A stretch of DNA of 64,000 bases from Mobula hypostoma (taxonomy: Eukaryota): positions 67,890,001 through 67,954,000 of the forward strand of contig NC_086101.1 in NCBI RefSeq assembly GCF_963921235.1, read 5' to 3'. The notes under the pieces are model-generated. The model had not been told where the DNA came from. It made no database searches and saw nothing but the letters and a program-made list of their open reading frames with translations. Positions 38,631 through 53,045 of the stretch are shown here, one piece after another. Both the position numbers and the translations under genes were made by a program. The first letter of the stretch is position 1. Each line of letters begins with the position of its first letter.

Positions 38631-40155
38631 CTGGACAACAAGCATTTTGCTTCCTGAATTCCTTTGGGTGTATCCTATGGATTTTGGGTTGCTGATCATG
38701 AAAATCATCATGAAATTTCCCTACAATGCACCAATTTTTTAAAAAAATCCCTATATTTGTTATTTCAATTCATAATTCATGTCAATTAAAATGTTTCCCA
38801 AGTTTTCTATCATGTCCAGGTTTTAGAAAGACTATAAAAGCATCAGGCACACACTGTTCTATGCTTTGCATTTACAAGTATATCAGTTTGCAATCCTGTT
38901 AGTGTGCATAATTTACCCACATATCATACTGTGAGTACTCATTATAATACAGTACTGGTAGTTTAGGTGTATTTGTAAGAGCAAAATGTCTCACCAATGT
39001 TGCAACAGCTGCGATACTTTCTTTATATTTTTGACAAGAATACACTTAAATTTTAAATACAGATTGTGACTCCTCTTATTAAGAAAGCCTATGAGCTCTA
39101 CTTTGGGTGTAAAATTGGTGACCAAGACAAAGCCTAGCCTCCTCATATTTTTTGCACAACATGCGTTTTTGATATTAGAGCTTGGCTCAGGGGTACTCTG
39201 AAGTCAATGCAGTTTGCTATGCCCATGATATGGCTAGAGCAGAAGGATCATGTGACAGATTGCTACTTCTGTCTGACCAGTGTGTCTGGTTTCTCTATTG
39301 AAAACAAGAAATCAATTGAATGCCCCAATCTTCCTTCAGCCATGAGACCTGTGCCGCATGACAATAGTCTTCCAGTACCAAAGCCACCAGAGACATGGAG
39401 TCTAGAGGAAGCAAGTTAAGATGCCATGATACACAAGCCAGGGATAAAAAACAACAGTGATACTGATACAGATTTTGAACTCTTTATGTAGAGTGAGCCT
39501 CATCTGATATCTCAGTCTGAGTTAAGTGACCTTGTCAGAGACTTGTGTTTGTCAATGGCAAAAGCAGAATTACTGCATTCAAGACTGCAAGATTGGAATC
39601 TACGGTCAACAGGCACAAAAATTTCTGTGAAGGATTTTGATATTTGAGACAGATGTTTTAGAGAATAGCTGTTGCCAAGATTAAGGAAAGCATTTTTGTT
39701 GGTCCCCAAATCAAACCAGTCATCGATGACAGGCAATTCGAAGAACTTCTAGTGCGACTGGAGAAAATCACATGGAAGGCATTTAAGCATGTTCTTGAAA
39801 ATTTTCCTGGCACCTACAGTGCACCAAACTACTTGTATGCTTCAAGCATATAAAACTTTGAAGTGCAACAAGTTACTAAAGATTAATTTTCTGCACTCCG
39901 ATTTAGACTTTTTCCCTGCATATCTTCTTACTGTCAATGAGGAGTATAGTGAAAGGTTTCACGAGGACTTTTCAGTCATGGAGAAATGGTATCAACACAA
40001 CTGGAATCCATCAATACTGGCTGATTATTATTGGACGCTTCAGCGAGAAACCTCAGACAATTAGTACAAATGAAAAACATCAACAAAACATTTTTAGCTT
40101 AGTTGAACTGTTGCAAAGTGTCAGCACTGTTATGCAATTAAACATATTATTTTCA
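38629..40155 (+). mobile_element. DNA transposon deletion derivative, copy 2
   Basis: Left TIR CACTGGACAACAA..TTGCTTCCT (complement of the copy 1 right end); FAMPMIW.EQKDHVTDCYFC, SRLQDWNL, GPQI, LADYYW. Confidence 0.82.
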
Positions 40156-40159
40156 ATGT

Positions 40160-40470
40160 ATTGCCCATGTCAAAGATGTCTAAATCTAGAATGCAAATGT
40201 TTAAGTGAGAAGGAGAAGGTTTAAAGGAAATCTGAGGAACAATTTTTCACAAAAAGTACTTGGCATCTGGAATCAGCTTTCTGAGAAGGTGGCAGAGACA
40301 GGAAGAGTAACCATTTTTAAGAGGAAACTTGAATGAGAAAAGCCAAGAAGAACATAAATTAATTCAGGAAAGTGAGATCGGTATAGATAGGCATGATGGT
40401 TGGCATAAATGCAGTGATCAATGGTCATGTTCCTTTGCTGTAAAATTCCACATGATTCTTTAACTCTAAG
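40160..40470 (+). mobile_element. Old CR1 3' fragment
   Basis: Degenerate F.V.GE.FKG.LR..FF and WN.L.E.V.E region plus CR1 3' UTR. Confidence 0.65.
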
Positions 40471-40739
40471 TTCAGTTAAGCTTCCATTCTCATTGGATCA
40501 AAATTGCTTTGATTAGGAAAATTCTGCTGAGCACATTTTAGAATTTTTCCCACACACTTTACCTCCATTATTATTGCTTTTCCATTCCATGTTAAGATTG
40601 TTCAAATCATTCATTATCAATTTTGCATGTCTCCATAATTTTCTTAAAGATTTGTTCTTCAATATTTTTCTCTCTAGTTGGCAGCCTGAAGAATAGACCT
40701 AGCTTTTTTTTTTAACTTTTTTAAATTGCTTTTATTTTA

Positions 40740-40967
40740 TTTAGAGATACAGCATGTTGACAGGCCATTATGGAACAAAGAGCAAGCACTGCCCATTTAC
40801 ACCCATGCGACAAATTAACCTGCTAACCAATACTTCTTTGAATTTTAGAAGGAAACCCATGTGGTGACAAGGAGAATGAACAAACTGCCTATAGACTATG
40901 GCGGAATTGAACTTAGGTCATTGGCACTGCCGCTATGTACACTAACCGCTATGCTGCCATCCTGCCC
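40740..40967 (-). mobile_element. tRNA-derived V-SINE (HE1-like)
   Basis: Minus strand: GGCAGCATAGCGGTTAG (A box), GTTCAATTCC (B box), start of the V domain GGGTTTCC. Confidence 0.65.
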
Positions 40968-41434
40968 AATTTTTAGCGCTTTTTTTAAAAACTCTGTAAC
41001 ATAAAGATTCTATTCCAGATCATTCTTGGAAATTATCTTGCTCCCCTGCACTCTAATATTGTCCTTAATCAATACCAATAATTCTGCTCTTTTCTTTCCT
41101 AATTATCTTACCTGATCACCCTGTATACAGAAACGTTAGAAGCCTTTACTGCTCCTTTTTAGCCAAATCTGTGCTGCTGCCATGGCATTGCTATGGTAAT
41201 CACTTACAGTTCTTCCAACATCTTTAAAATGGTTCTTGTGTTTATCCATATATATCTTGAAACTTTCTTAGACCTGCTCATATTTTTCTTTGACTATTCC
41301 AGTCAAAAGTATTCCTATTTCTTGTTCTAGTGCTATCTCGGTTTCCTTTTCCTTTTTGCATCATTTATCTCCTTTTCAATATTATGTTCCTGTATCCAAT
41401 TCCCTGTCAAATCTTTTTAAACTTTTCTTCAAGC

Positions 41435-41710
41435 CTACAGTACAGGCCTTTTGGTCCACAATGTCAAACCAACCTTCCAACCTATTCTAATATCAATCTC
41501 ACCCTTCACTCTTATATAGTCCATTTTTCAATTGGCATACACCTATCTAAGAGTTTCCTAAATGCCCCTAATATTGCTGCCTCTACCACCACCCCTGGCA
41601 GGGTGTTCCATGCACTCACCACTCTTTGTGTAAAAAATTTACCTCTGACATTCCCTCCCTTATACTTTCTTCCAATCACCTTTAAATTATGCCCCTTGCT
41701 ATTAACCATC
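41435..41710 (-). mobile_element. CR1 3' end
   Basis: ORF 41512-41811 GHNLKV.G.KY..FFTQRVVSAWNTLP. Confidence 0.85.
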
Positions 41711-43049
41711 AGATTCTTGACCTCTAGAATGTTCTGCAGTTGTTCAGTCCTTAACCCTAGCAACAGGAAGGCAATCATATCCTCAACTACAGAAATGACT
41801 CTCTGTTCCACACAATTTTTGAGTCCCTTATAAAGATTTCTCTTTGGACCTTCTGCCCACTATTCAGTTGAGCCACCATGGTGGGATATTTTGGTCTTAC
41901 TGCATTTGACTGGGGAAACAACTCTTCCATCAGTACTCAGTACTGAATGCTGACTAGAAAGAAAGATGCACTCACAGATCCAAATTCTCTTTTTTATCTG
42001 TCTGGTGATCACCCATTCACTCCCTGCCAGATAATCCTCAACCACTACCAGCTTGACAATCATTTGACGAGAGGGAGGAACAGCCATCTCCTGTAATATG
42101 AAACACATATAGAAGGTTCATAATAATGTCAGCTATTACTCAAGCTTCTTTGGTTGACAATTATTATGATATGTGTAGTCATCCAGGAGAAATAAATCAT
42201 TTAGAGCTCCAATGTGGGATAGGAAATTATTTTTATCTGCTTCTATTCATTAGACTTATTCACTCAATAGATAAACAGACTACATAAAACATAATTCTAT
42301 CTTGAATTACATACTCCTTTCCTTACTCTGATCAAACATTTTAACTTCTGCACTTTATACTTAAACTAAATATTTGCTGGGTCTCAGTTTCCTGTGTTCC
42401 TTCTACTTACGGTGTTGCCGTTTTCCATGATGATTGACTCGTCAGGGTTCTATTTCCCCTGCCCATTGTATTCAGTTTCCCACATTCTTTTTTAAATCAC
42501 CACGACGTTGTTCCCCATTCTCCTTTTACTCAGATGGTACCTTTCCTGATTCCCTCCAACCTTACCTTTTCAATTCGTAAGAATTCTGTTTCTCTTGCTC
42601 TGACACTGGGGACTATGCTTCCTACGCTTCCTTCACTCATTCAGACTCTGTTTTCATTCACCAGAGATCTGATCATTTTACTCACCAGCTCTGTTTCTGA
42701 CACCCACTCTGTACTCATTGGGAGTTCATGTACTCTGAGGGCCTCTCATTCTGCAGATATTTCCATAAGATCATAACATATAGGAGCAGAATTAGGCCAC
42801 TTGGCCCAATGAGCCTGCTCTGCAGTGTTCAACACCATTTTTTTAATTCACTTAGACCATTTCCTCCAATCCTTTAGCTCATCAGAAGGTTTACTTCCAG
42901 CCTTCCTCTTTAATACAGCAGGGTTCTGTTTCTCACCGTTCTTTTATTCATTGGAATTTTTCTCTCAGACTCCACTTTAGTCTTATCCAACCACAAGACC
43001 TTCTTTCACATCTTTACATTATCTTCTAAGTTACCTTTGCAAAGTTTTT

Positions 43050-43804
43050 AAGGGGAAGGATATGCCCTTTTTTTTAGCTAGGTCTTCTTCCTTGCTGCTT
43101 TTTCATGAATAACCTTTTTGGTCAAAGCTTTAGAGATTGTGGAACGATGAACTTTGTTTCCATTTGCAGATACTGACTTCTGCAGCTCATTCAAAGTGAC
43201 TGTTGGTGTCACAATAGCCTCTCTTACAAGTCCCATTCTTCTCCGTCGACTAAGTTTAGAGGGGCAGCCTGACCAAGGCAGAGTGGCTATGTCTTTATTT
43301 TTTTCCCCTTTTTCACAATGGACTGCATTGAGCTCTGAGGGATGTTCAGTGCCTTAGAGATCGTCTTGTACCTTGCCTCAGATTTGTGTTTTTCTATTAC
43401 CATTTCACTGTTTTGCCTTGAATGTTCTTCTGTCTTCATTTTGGTTTGATCTGTTGAAAATCTACTATGCTGTTGGACATTACACAGAAAGCGGGTATTT
43501 TATTCAGGAGATTCTTCAATTTTCTACAACAATTTGGGTGAGTTGGTAAAGTAATATTTCACCTGAGGAAAGTTAGCATAGTAATCACAAAGAGAATGAA
43601 TTCTTTTACAGCCTCACAGTTTTGGTTTTAAGTTTTTAGGAAATTATAGACAGGCTTTGGAATTTTTTTTTTTTGTTTGACATGATGCACAATGTTTTGT
43701 AGCTTAGCTGAAAAACATCCAACATCAATATACTTTAAATTTTGGAAACAAGACAGTAAAATGTGAAAATAGTTGTGGAGGCTGAATACTTTTTCAAGGC
43801 ACTG
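43050..43804 (-). mobile_element. Tc1-like transposon, left end and N-terminal remnant
   Basis: TIR TA|CAGTGCCTTGAAAAAGTATTCA on the minus strand at 43783-43806; GCPSKLSRRRR..LVREA..TPTVTL.ELQ remnant. Confidence 0.78.
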
Positions 43805-44109
43805 TATTCTACTGTAGATACTGTAAATTACCTATTTACTTAAAGAGTTATTAGGGAAGGGTTTGGGATACAAGCATCCAAAAGGCCTAAGAATGCATTG
43901 AAAAATAATTATTTTCTATGGCTTGGAATTACAGCCTCGATACAAGACACCACGTAACAGTTTAATGTTTCCTATCCCTACATCCACTGTTTTATACATA
44001 ATTGTAATTAGCTACTAGAGCTATTTTTGACTTTATTGTAATTTCATTAAGTAATTTAATTTTACAACAATGCAAAGCAGCTTGGATTAGGAAGTTTTCA
44101 TGAATTTCC

Positions 44110-45530
44110 TCAACAACCTCAAACATGAAATGACAGGGAACTACAGTCCAGTGAGCATGACTTCAATTGTAGGGAAGTTATTGGAGGGAATTCCAATGGA
44201 CAGGATCTACTGCCATTTGAATATTGTCAAGGCTGATCAGAAATAGTCAGTATGGTTTTGTGTGCATGGGAGGTCATGTCTGACAAATCTTTTAAAGTTT
44301 TTCAAAGACGTAACTATGGGGAAAGGTGAAGGTCAGGTATTGACTGTGGTCAATATGCACTTTCTCAATATGCAATATGCACTTGCCTTTGACAAGGACC
44401 AATTTGGCACATGAATCTGGAAGGTTAGGTCACATGGAAGTCAGAGGGAGCTAGCGAGGTGGATTCAGAATTGAGTCAATGATATGAAGCGGAGGGTTAT
44501 GATTGGAGTTCAACTCTCTTACTAGAAGTCTGTAAATCGAGGGATCCTTAAGGGTCATTGTTGGCACCTCTGTTATTCATTGTTTATGCAAATAACTTTC
44601 ATATGAATGTATCTGGCATGATCAGCAAGCTTGCTGATGGTGCTAAATGAGAGAGCCATGTTGATAGTGAAGCAGGTAACAATGAATTACATTTCATTGC
44701 ATTCATCATTTACGGAGATGGGCTGAGAAATGCCGAATGGGTTTTAACTTAGATAAATATTAGGTGATGTACCTTGTACATTCAAGCCAGAGTAAGGACA
44801 ATACAGTGAATTGCAGGGCACTAACAAGTGTTGTGAAACAAAGGGAGTATAAGTGCACAGTTCTCTGAAAGAGGCCACACAAGTAGACAGGGTGGTGAAG
44901 AAGGTGTCTAGCATGTTGGCCTTCATCAGTTAGGACAATGAGTTTAGGAATATGGATGTTATGTTGCAGTTATGTAAGTAATTGGTGAGGCCATAATTGG
45001 AAATTGTGTACAATTTTTGGTCATCCTCTTATAGAAAGACATTGTCAAGTTGCAGAGTGTGAAAAACACATTTGTGAGAAACCTGCCCGCACTTGATGGC
45101 CTGAGTTATAAGAATGGACAGCCAAAATGGATCTTAGCTATCCAGTCCCCAGAGAAGCTTATAAAATCATAAAGGATATGGATATGGGGGATGGTCATAG
45201 TCTTTTCCCAGAGGTGGTGAGCTCAGAACTAGAAGGCACAAACATAAGATAAGAGAAAAGAGTTGGAAAAGAGACCTGAAATGTATCCTCTTTGGAGATG
45301 GTAGTGAGTATCTGCAATGAGCTGCCAGAAAAAGTGCCGGGCTGGATACAATTTCAGCATCTGAGAGCCACTTGGATTGGTACATAGAGGGGAGGGGTGG
45401 GGCTTGGAGAATTATGGGCCATATGTGGCCAATTGGGATTAGAGGTGACAATGCTGTGGTTGACATGGAGCAGTTGGGCTGAAGGGCTTGTTTCTGCGCT
45501 GTATTAATCTGTGACTCTGTGACTCTAATT
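44110..45530 (+). mobile_element. Old CR1 LINE (RT to 3' end)
   Basis: GNYSPVSMTSIVGKL, AFDK, KLADG, LVRP remnants; (TGACTC)n tail. Confidence 0.82.
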
Positions 45531-45609
45531 CACATGTGCAACCGGAAGTGTTTATAATGATCATCCTTTAATCTGCTTTGTGAAGCATGACTCGTGCGGC
45601 TCTGTCAAA

Positions 45610-46050
45610 TCAAAATTCAAAGGTCAAAGTAAACTTAATATCAAAATATAACTATACTAACCTGAGATTCATTTTCTTACAGTCATTTACAGAAAAAAAG
45701 AAATTCAATAGAATTTACAAAACAAAGCCTATGCATGAACAGACAACCAATGTGCAAAAGAAGACAAATTGCAGAAAACATAATACTGTGAACACAAATT
45801 GTAAATTCCTTGAAAGTGAGTCTGTAAATTGTATAATTAGTTCAGGGTGGTGATGATTGAAGTTATCCACACCAGTTCAGGAGCCTGATATTTGTAGGGT
45901 TCTAACTGTTCCTATATGATGGTATGTGATCTGAAGCTCCTGTACCTCCTGCCTGATGGTGGTAGTGAGAAGAGGGTATGATAGGAGCCTTTGATGTTGG
46001 ATACTGCTTTGTAATGGCAGAGTTCCATGTAAATATATTCAATTGCAGTA
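45610..46050 (-). mobile_element. Rex1/L2-like 3' fragment
   Basis: CTGTACCTCCTGCCTGATGG..GTGAGAAGAG motif and tail as in the other copies. Confidence 0.75.
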
Positions 46051-47696
46051 ACTCCACAAATTTAATGAATTACCATTTTGGAAATATCTGTTGCTGGATT
46101 GGATAAGGCAGACACATAGGTGTATTCTGCAAATATTACTTGTTCTTGAATGTCAGGAAATTATTGAGGAAATAGAAATGGTGGGCAATGAAACTATGGA
46201 CTGAATGCATCCTCCTACGTCATAAGAAAATGTGCAAAAATGTGAAAAATATGAGAATTGCTCTATTAATAAATTGGAACAATTTGCGTTCATATTTCCA
46301 CATCTCAAAAAGCTTACCTCATCATTCAAACACGAGACACTAACAGATAATGGAACTTTAGTGACTCCTAATGGTACATTGTGTAACCACAGCTTCATTC
46401 TTATTTTTCCCAGCTTTGATAGATGTATGTACACAGCTTACCTTCAATATATGATCATCTAAATGATGCATGTTAAAAGTGGGAGCCTCATATGGTCTAT
46501 GTGATTTAATGAATAAACATTTTAGCCTTAACTTCCTTCATATTTCTGATTTAAATGCATGCAGCTAGTTTACTGTTCATTGATTTCAGTTCCATAAATT
46601 AGTGATTTGCAGAAGTAATGGCTAAATCTCTTGAGCTCTACATCTGCTGAGTATTTCACCTCCATAAGTTGTTGCCTATTAAATGAGTCATCGCTTCTAA
46701 TGACACTTCAATGTGAACTTTCTGCAAACATACTTGTACAGAGGCCACACTTAAATTTGATGTGCATTTTTTGGTTGTGAAGAACTTCTGGATACTTTTG
46801 CCAAATGTATGTGAATGAGCTTAGCATATTTTTTGGACTTTGATAGATTACATTAATTTCTGACAATTTATTCTGTTTTATGTTAGAGCGTTCAAAAGAT
46901 ATCAGATGATTCCCGTCCTTTTTTATTTTCAAAATGCCTTAAAATATTTACAGGCAAAGGGAAATGGCTGCAAATCTTCTCTTCTCATTGTGATTCTGAA
47001 TAACTCCTCACCTCTCGCCATAGTTTTTTTCTCAGATGCCTGCTCCTGGCTGTACTTGAAGACCAATTAAAATATTATGCAAAAGAACATCACAGAACTT
47101 CACACAGAAAATTGCTCTAATGAAGCTTAATCCAGCTCAGGGACAATGTTGTCAATACTGCTTTCTGAATTGTTGCTCCAGCTACAGCCATCATGTATCA
47201 GTCAAGTGCTTACGGAACATTGTTAGCTCTGTAACAGGAGCCTGTGAACACCTCCAGAGACATGAACACTGAATGGAAACTGACAGGGTGAGTTCTACAG
47301 TGGCATCAATGTTGATCTCTGCAGAGGAAATTGGTTCTGGTAACTCAAGTTGTTTAGGTCAATGGTGATAGCAATCTGAAGTCTTCCACAGGCAAACTGA
47401 ACTTAGGTTGCCCCACATGCAGAGGTCAAGACCACTGTGGCCTTCACCTTTCATGGTCTGTCTCTGCCATATGTCACAGTGCAGTTAAGCTAGAATACTG
47501 ATTCTCTCTACATGAAATCAAGAGACTTTCAACAACTGATACTCTTTAATTGATGAATATCACAATTTACAAATTTTAATAATAAATTATTTGTCTTTTC
47601 AGGGTATGTAACCTTCACTTATAAAGTTTCTTTTTCCACCATAACAAGTAATTCCTAATGTGAAGGGGAAAGAGAGATTACATCACCAATACCAAT

Positions 47697-47965
47697 TGCT
47701 AGCACAACATTTTACAGTATCAGCGACACGAGTTCAATTCTCACCGCTGCCTGTAAGGAGTTTGTACGTCCTCCCCGCGACCTCGTAGATTTCCTCCGGG
47801 TGCTCCGGTTTCCTTCCACAGTCCAAAGACATACTAGTTGATAGGATAACTGGTCATTGTAAATTCTCATGTGATTAGGCTAGGATTAAATTGGGGGATT
47901 GCTAGGCAGTGCGGCTCGAAGTAGAAAGGGCTGTATTTCAATCAATCAATCAATTAATTAATTTA
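47697..47965 (+). mobile_element. V-SINE (HE1-like)
   Basis: B box GAGTTCAATTC; V domain TTTCCTCCGGGTGCTCCGGTTTCC.TCCACAGTCCAAAGAC; (ATCA)n tail. Confidence 0.85.
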
Positions 47966-48199
47966 ATTAAAACAAGATTACTGTCCATTAGCCTTCCAGA
48001 TGCACAAAAATAAGCACTATTTAAGTAGACTATTGATATACAGTAAATATTTCTTGAAATAAACTGCAGCCTATTGATACTAATGACGATTAGCACAATT
48101 GACTATTCAAAATAAACATCAGTTGATGCAACACAGTGTTACCATGATAGCCCATCATGTGTGACTAAGATTACAGATGACAAAATAGAGATAGAGAAG

Positions 48200-51100
48200 G
48201 AAGGTTTAGGGAAGTGGTGAGACAACTGGAATCAAAGACATGTGCTCCTGAATTTGATGATGATCCAGAAAAATATAAGATTTGGAGAACATAAGTTGGG
48301 TGTTAGATCTTCTGAAAGGGTCAATATCAGCAAGACCAGTTATGGTTGGTGGATTTTTTCAGCAAACATCCAATCCAGCATAATATTCATTTGACATGGA
48401 GGCATTGAGAGCAGATATTGTGCAGTTTCTAAAGGAGCTGAAGCAAACCAACTGCAAAAGTGGATTATCTCCTAAGCAATGTTTCACATAGATGAAGTGG
48501 GGATCCTTAGTAATAGGATGGCCTCATCCATGTTTATTTTGAGAGATGAGAAAACTGCTCCAGCTTACAAGACAATGAAAGGTCATCTTACATTTCTCCT
48601 TTAGGTGATGCCGAGGGTAACTGTAAGCTTAATTCTCTCCGTAAGACCATAAGATATAGGAGCAGAATTAGGCTATTTGGCCCATTGAGTCTGTTCTGCC
48701 ATTTCATCATCGCAGATCCATTTCTCCTCTCAGTCCCAATCTCCTGTCTTTTCCCCATATCCTTTCATGTCCTGACCAATGAAGAATCTATCAAACTCTT
48801 CCTTAAATATACGCAAAGACTTGCCCTCCACAGCTACCTGTGGCAAAGAATTCTGCAGATTCAGCACTGTCTGGCTGAGGAAATACTTCTACATCTCCGT
48901 TCTAAAAGGACACCTCTCTATTCTGAGGCTGTGTCCTCTAGTCTTAGACTCTCCTACAATAGGAAACATTCTCTCCATATCCACTCGATCAAGGCCTTTC
49001 ACCATTCAACAGATTTCACTGAGGTCATCCCTCATTCTTCTGAATTCTAGTGACTACAGACCTGGAGCTATCAAACACTCTTGACAAACCATTCAATCCT
49101 GGAATCATTTTCGTGAAAATTCTTTGAACTCTCTTCAGTTTCAGCACATTCTTTCTAAGATAAGGAGCCCAAGACTACTCACAATACTCCAAGTGAGGCC
49201 TCACCAGTGCTTTATGAATTCTCAACATTACATCCTTGCTTTTATATTCTAGTCCTCTTCAAATGAATGCTAACATAGTATTGCCTTCCTCACCACAGGC
49301 TCAACCTGCAAATTAACTTTAGGGAATCTTGCACAAGCACTCCCAAGTCCCTTTGTGCTTCTGCTTTTTGTATTTTCTCTCCATTTAGAAAATAGTCAAG
49401 CCTTTCATTTCTTACGAATGAAGTGCATGACTATACACTTCCCGATACTGTATTCCATTTACCACTTCTTTGCCCATTCTCCTAATCTGTCTGTCCTTCT
49501 GTAACCTACTTACTTCCTTAGAACTATCTACCCCTTCACCTATCTCATAAAGGTCTGCAAACTTTGCAACAAAGCCATCAATTCCATCATCTAAATCATT
49601 GAAATATAACGTAAAATGATTTAGTCCCAACACCAACCACTGTGGAACCAGCAGCCAACCAGAAAAGGCTCCCTTTATTCCCACTCTTTGCCTCCTGCCA
49701 ATCCTCCACTGCCTTATCCATGCTAGAACTTTTCCATTGGTTTGCTGCTTGTTAAGCAGGCTCATGTGTGGCACCTTGTCAAAGGCTTTCTGATAACCGA
49801 AATACACAACATCAACAGACTCTCCTTCATCTATCCTGTTTGTCATTTAATCAAAGACTTACAATGTATTTGTCAGGCAAGATTTTTCCTTGAGGAAACC
49901 TTGCTGACTATGGTTTATTTTATCATGTGCCTCCAAGTACACTGAGACCTCATCCTTAATAATCGACTCCAATATCTTCCCAACCACTGAGGTCAGGCTA
50001 ACTGGCCTTTAGTTTCCTTTCTTCTGTCTCTCGCCCTTCTTGAAGAGTGGAGTGACATTTGCAATTTTCCAGTCTTCTGCAACCATACCCGAATCTTGTG
50101 ATTCTTCAAAGATCATTACTAATGGCACCACAATCTCTTCTGTCAGCTCTTCCAGAACCCTGGGGTGTACACCATCTGGTCCAGGTGACTTATCTACCTT
50201 CAGACCTTTCAGTTCCCCAAAAATCTTCTCTCTATTAATGGTAAATTCACACACCTCATGACCCCTGATACTTGGAACTTCCCCCAAACTGCTAGTGTCT
50301 TCCACAATGAAGACTGATGTAAAATAATTATTCAGTTCATCTGCCATTTCTTTGTTCTCTCATGGCCCCAGTTCTGGCTAACTCCTCTCTCATGCCTCTG
50401 TAAATTCCTTTACTCCACTGTAATACTGATAGAGCTGACTTTAGCTTCTCTTCAAAATTCAGGGTGAATTTGATCACTTTCCCCTCAGGGTTCTTTTACC
50501 TTAAGATCTCTAATCAATTCAAGTTCATTACACAACACCCAATCTAGAATAGCTGAGCCCCTAGTAGGCTGAACCACCAGCTGTTCTAAATAGCCATCTC
50601 GTGGGCATTCTAGAAATTTCCCCTCTTGAAATCCAGCTCCAACCTGATTTTCCCAATCTACCTGCATATTGAAGTCCCTCCTAGCTGTTGTAACGTTGTC
50701 CTTTTGGCATGCATTTTCTGTCTCCCATTGTAATTTGTCAACCACATCCTTACTACTGTTTGGGGGTCCGTATACAACTCTCTTAATATGCCATTCAGAG
50801 GACGTGCAAAGACACCTTCAAATGTCAACCTTCCAGTGGTGTGATAACTTAACAAACTGCATTCCTTCCTCCACTATCAAACTGTATTATGCTGGAAATA
50901 ACCTGGGTCAGTTTCAATGAAAGCCATAAACACCTAGTTTTTGTTGAAGACATAGTTGACATAATCCAAGTCATGTTTTAGGTTCCATTGTCCATGGACC
51001 AGGAAGTTACTGTGGTCAGCATTCATTACCTTTAATGTCCAAAAATAATCAATAACTGTTGCAAGAAATCCGGAAGAACTCCAATATCATGATAATTATT

Positions 51101-51600
51101 GATACTAAGTACTTCTTGCAATGATGTAAGTCATGCTGGAATGAATGGTGTATCATATCAAGTGTGTATGCATGGTTCCCATGGGTTTACAGTGTTCGAT
51201 GACATAGACCAGTATAACTGGGAAGAATTACTGGAATCTCATGACATAAAGGTCACAATCAGGACTAGTTAGACTTGAGCAACAAAGATCAAGAGAGGAA
51301 CAAAGATCCACAATACAACACCATCATCGAAACAGCTCATCATGAAGACACTTTCAGAGGCATTCTGCCACATCTGGAAAGTGACACCCATCTTCAAAAA
51401 TGACCTCATAATTGTACTCGACATTAGGTTTGGCCTATTAGAGAAATGGGTTATGAAGGGGTGCCTGATGTTCAACTTCTGGTTACCTTTCATAACACAA
51501 AGATGCCCTGAAAGTGCCTGCCTTCACCAGTCTAGGGAGGTTTCCTCCAGGATCACCCAAGTGAGTTTCTGAATGTGGCTGTCCTATCAGAAACTTAGGA
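48200..51600 (+). mobile_element. Possible very old Gypsy-like relic split by the CR1 at 48643-50785
   Basis: Gag-like APEFDDDPEKYKIW (~48245) and RH/IN-linker-like KDPQY...EAF.HIWKV...NDLI (~51300-51410); weak. Confidence 0.3.
48643..50785 (-). mobile_element. Decayed CR1 LINE (APE end to 3' tail)
   Basis: ORFs 50485-50745, 50009-50347 (KSPGPDG) and 49412-49846 (QKAFDKVPH, KFAD); TCTTATGG-type tail. Confidence 0.92.
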
Positions 51601-51711
51601 CTTTGTCTGTTTCACTGAGTGAATTGCCTGAAAGGGTATGTTTTATATATTTTATTAAATTTGCTTAAGGTGCGATTGTCAATAAATCAATATTTTATTA
51701 ATCAAACACTT

Positions 51712-52000
51712 GCAGAATTAAGGTAATCGGCCCATTGGGTCTGCACTGCTATTCCATCATGACTGATTTATTTTCCCTCTCAACCCCATTCTCTTGCCTT
51801 CTTCTCATAATCCTTGATACCCTTACTAATCAAGAACCTATCAAACTCCTCTTTATATATACCCAATGACTTTGCCTCCACAGCCCTCTGTGGCAACAAA
51901 CCCCAGAGGTTCATTACCTTCTGTTCTAAAGTGTCGTCCTTGTATTCTGAGGCTGTGCTCTCCCATCCTAGACTCCCCCACTATAGGAAGCATATATTCT
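51712..52000 (-). mobile_element. CR1 3' end
   Basis: Matches the 3' UTR of 48643-49000. Confidence 0.8.
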
Positions 52001-53045
52001 TAAATGGTTATTTTTGAAATAAATTTGTGAGTTGTGGATCACAACCAGAAACTGATAGAAATGAACTTTTTGATTTATGAATTTTTAATGGAATGAAACT
52101 TTTTGACTGGAACTTAACCTTTCTTGTAAATGAGAAGGATGGGTGGGGGTGCAAGCTGGTGTTGTTACGTTTATTCTGCAGAGAATGAGGCTGAGAAGAG
52201 CCTAGAAATTTACTACTTCTAGTCTCTCCAGTGTTCTGTTCGTTGTGTTTCAGGTTCCCCTTCATAACACAAACCTCAAAGAGCAACACCATGGTTGTCC
52301 TTGAGAATATCTACTTTAAGGTCAATGCCGATAAGTGTGTATGACTCACTTATTCATAGGCAATCCACCTTGCCTATCATACTTCATTCCCCCAGAGGTG
52401 GTACTAGTCAAGGAAGGTTGTCCCTCTTTCCATGACTTATGACTTCTGTTGTATTCCAGAGAGTGCAGCTGTCACTATATTATGAGCCAACCGAGTGAAG
52501 GATTCTTCTTAAAATAAAATTTGTCTGCCTGCACCAATCTGGGGAAATTTCCTCCACTATTCACCCAGGGGAGGTTCTTACTTAGATAAAACCAAGAACT
52601 GTGCAGCTCAGGCAGCCGTTAAGGAAAAATAAACAAAGTTAATGTTTCAGGTCAAGGACACTTCATCTGAACGGTTTTGTACTTTGTTTTGTTCACTGCA
52701 GCAGGTACTAGAGGATGAATCCTTCTGAATACAGTTCTTCAAAGGTTCTGCACTGATTACCCTCTCTATTGTTATTTGGCAAGCATCTATAATGGTAGCA
52801 CACAGCACTGTGAATCTTCATCTTCAGTGAATTTCACAAGGAGAAGCTACTGAGTGATTGTATTCTTGACTGCAGAGAAGTGTTCAACAAGAACCTGCAA
52901 ATCTAGACAAAATCAGCTTTTGCCTATAGATGTAGCACTACTGTGCTCCCAAAACAAATAATGTACATAAAGGGCACATTCTGTATTTCTTTACTTTCCA
53001 AAGTTTGATTGTTTTGCAGTGCAGTTGTGTAACTTTCATAGTGTT

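Noticed and set aside
46950-47560. Non-repetitive-looking block as an exon or conserved element
   Set aside because: No open frame or recognisable motif; conservation cannot be assessed without alignments.
47697-47770. tRNA gene
   Set aside because: SINE head followed by a V domain; no complete cloverleaf.
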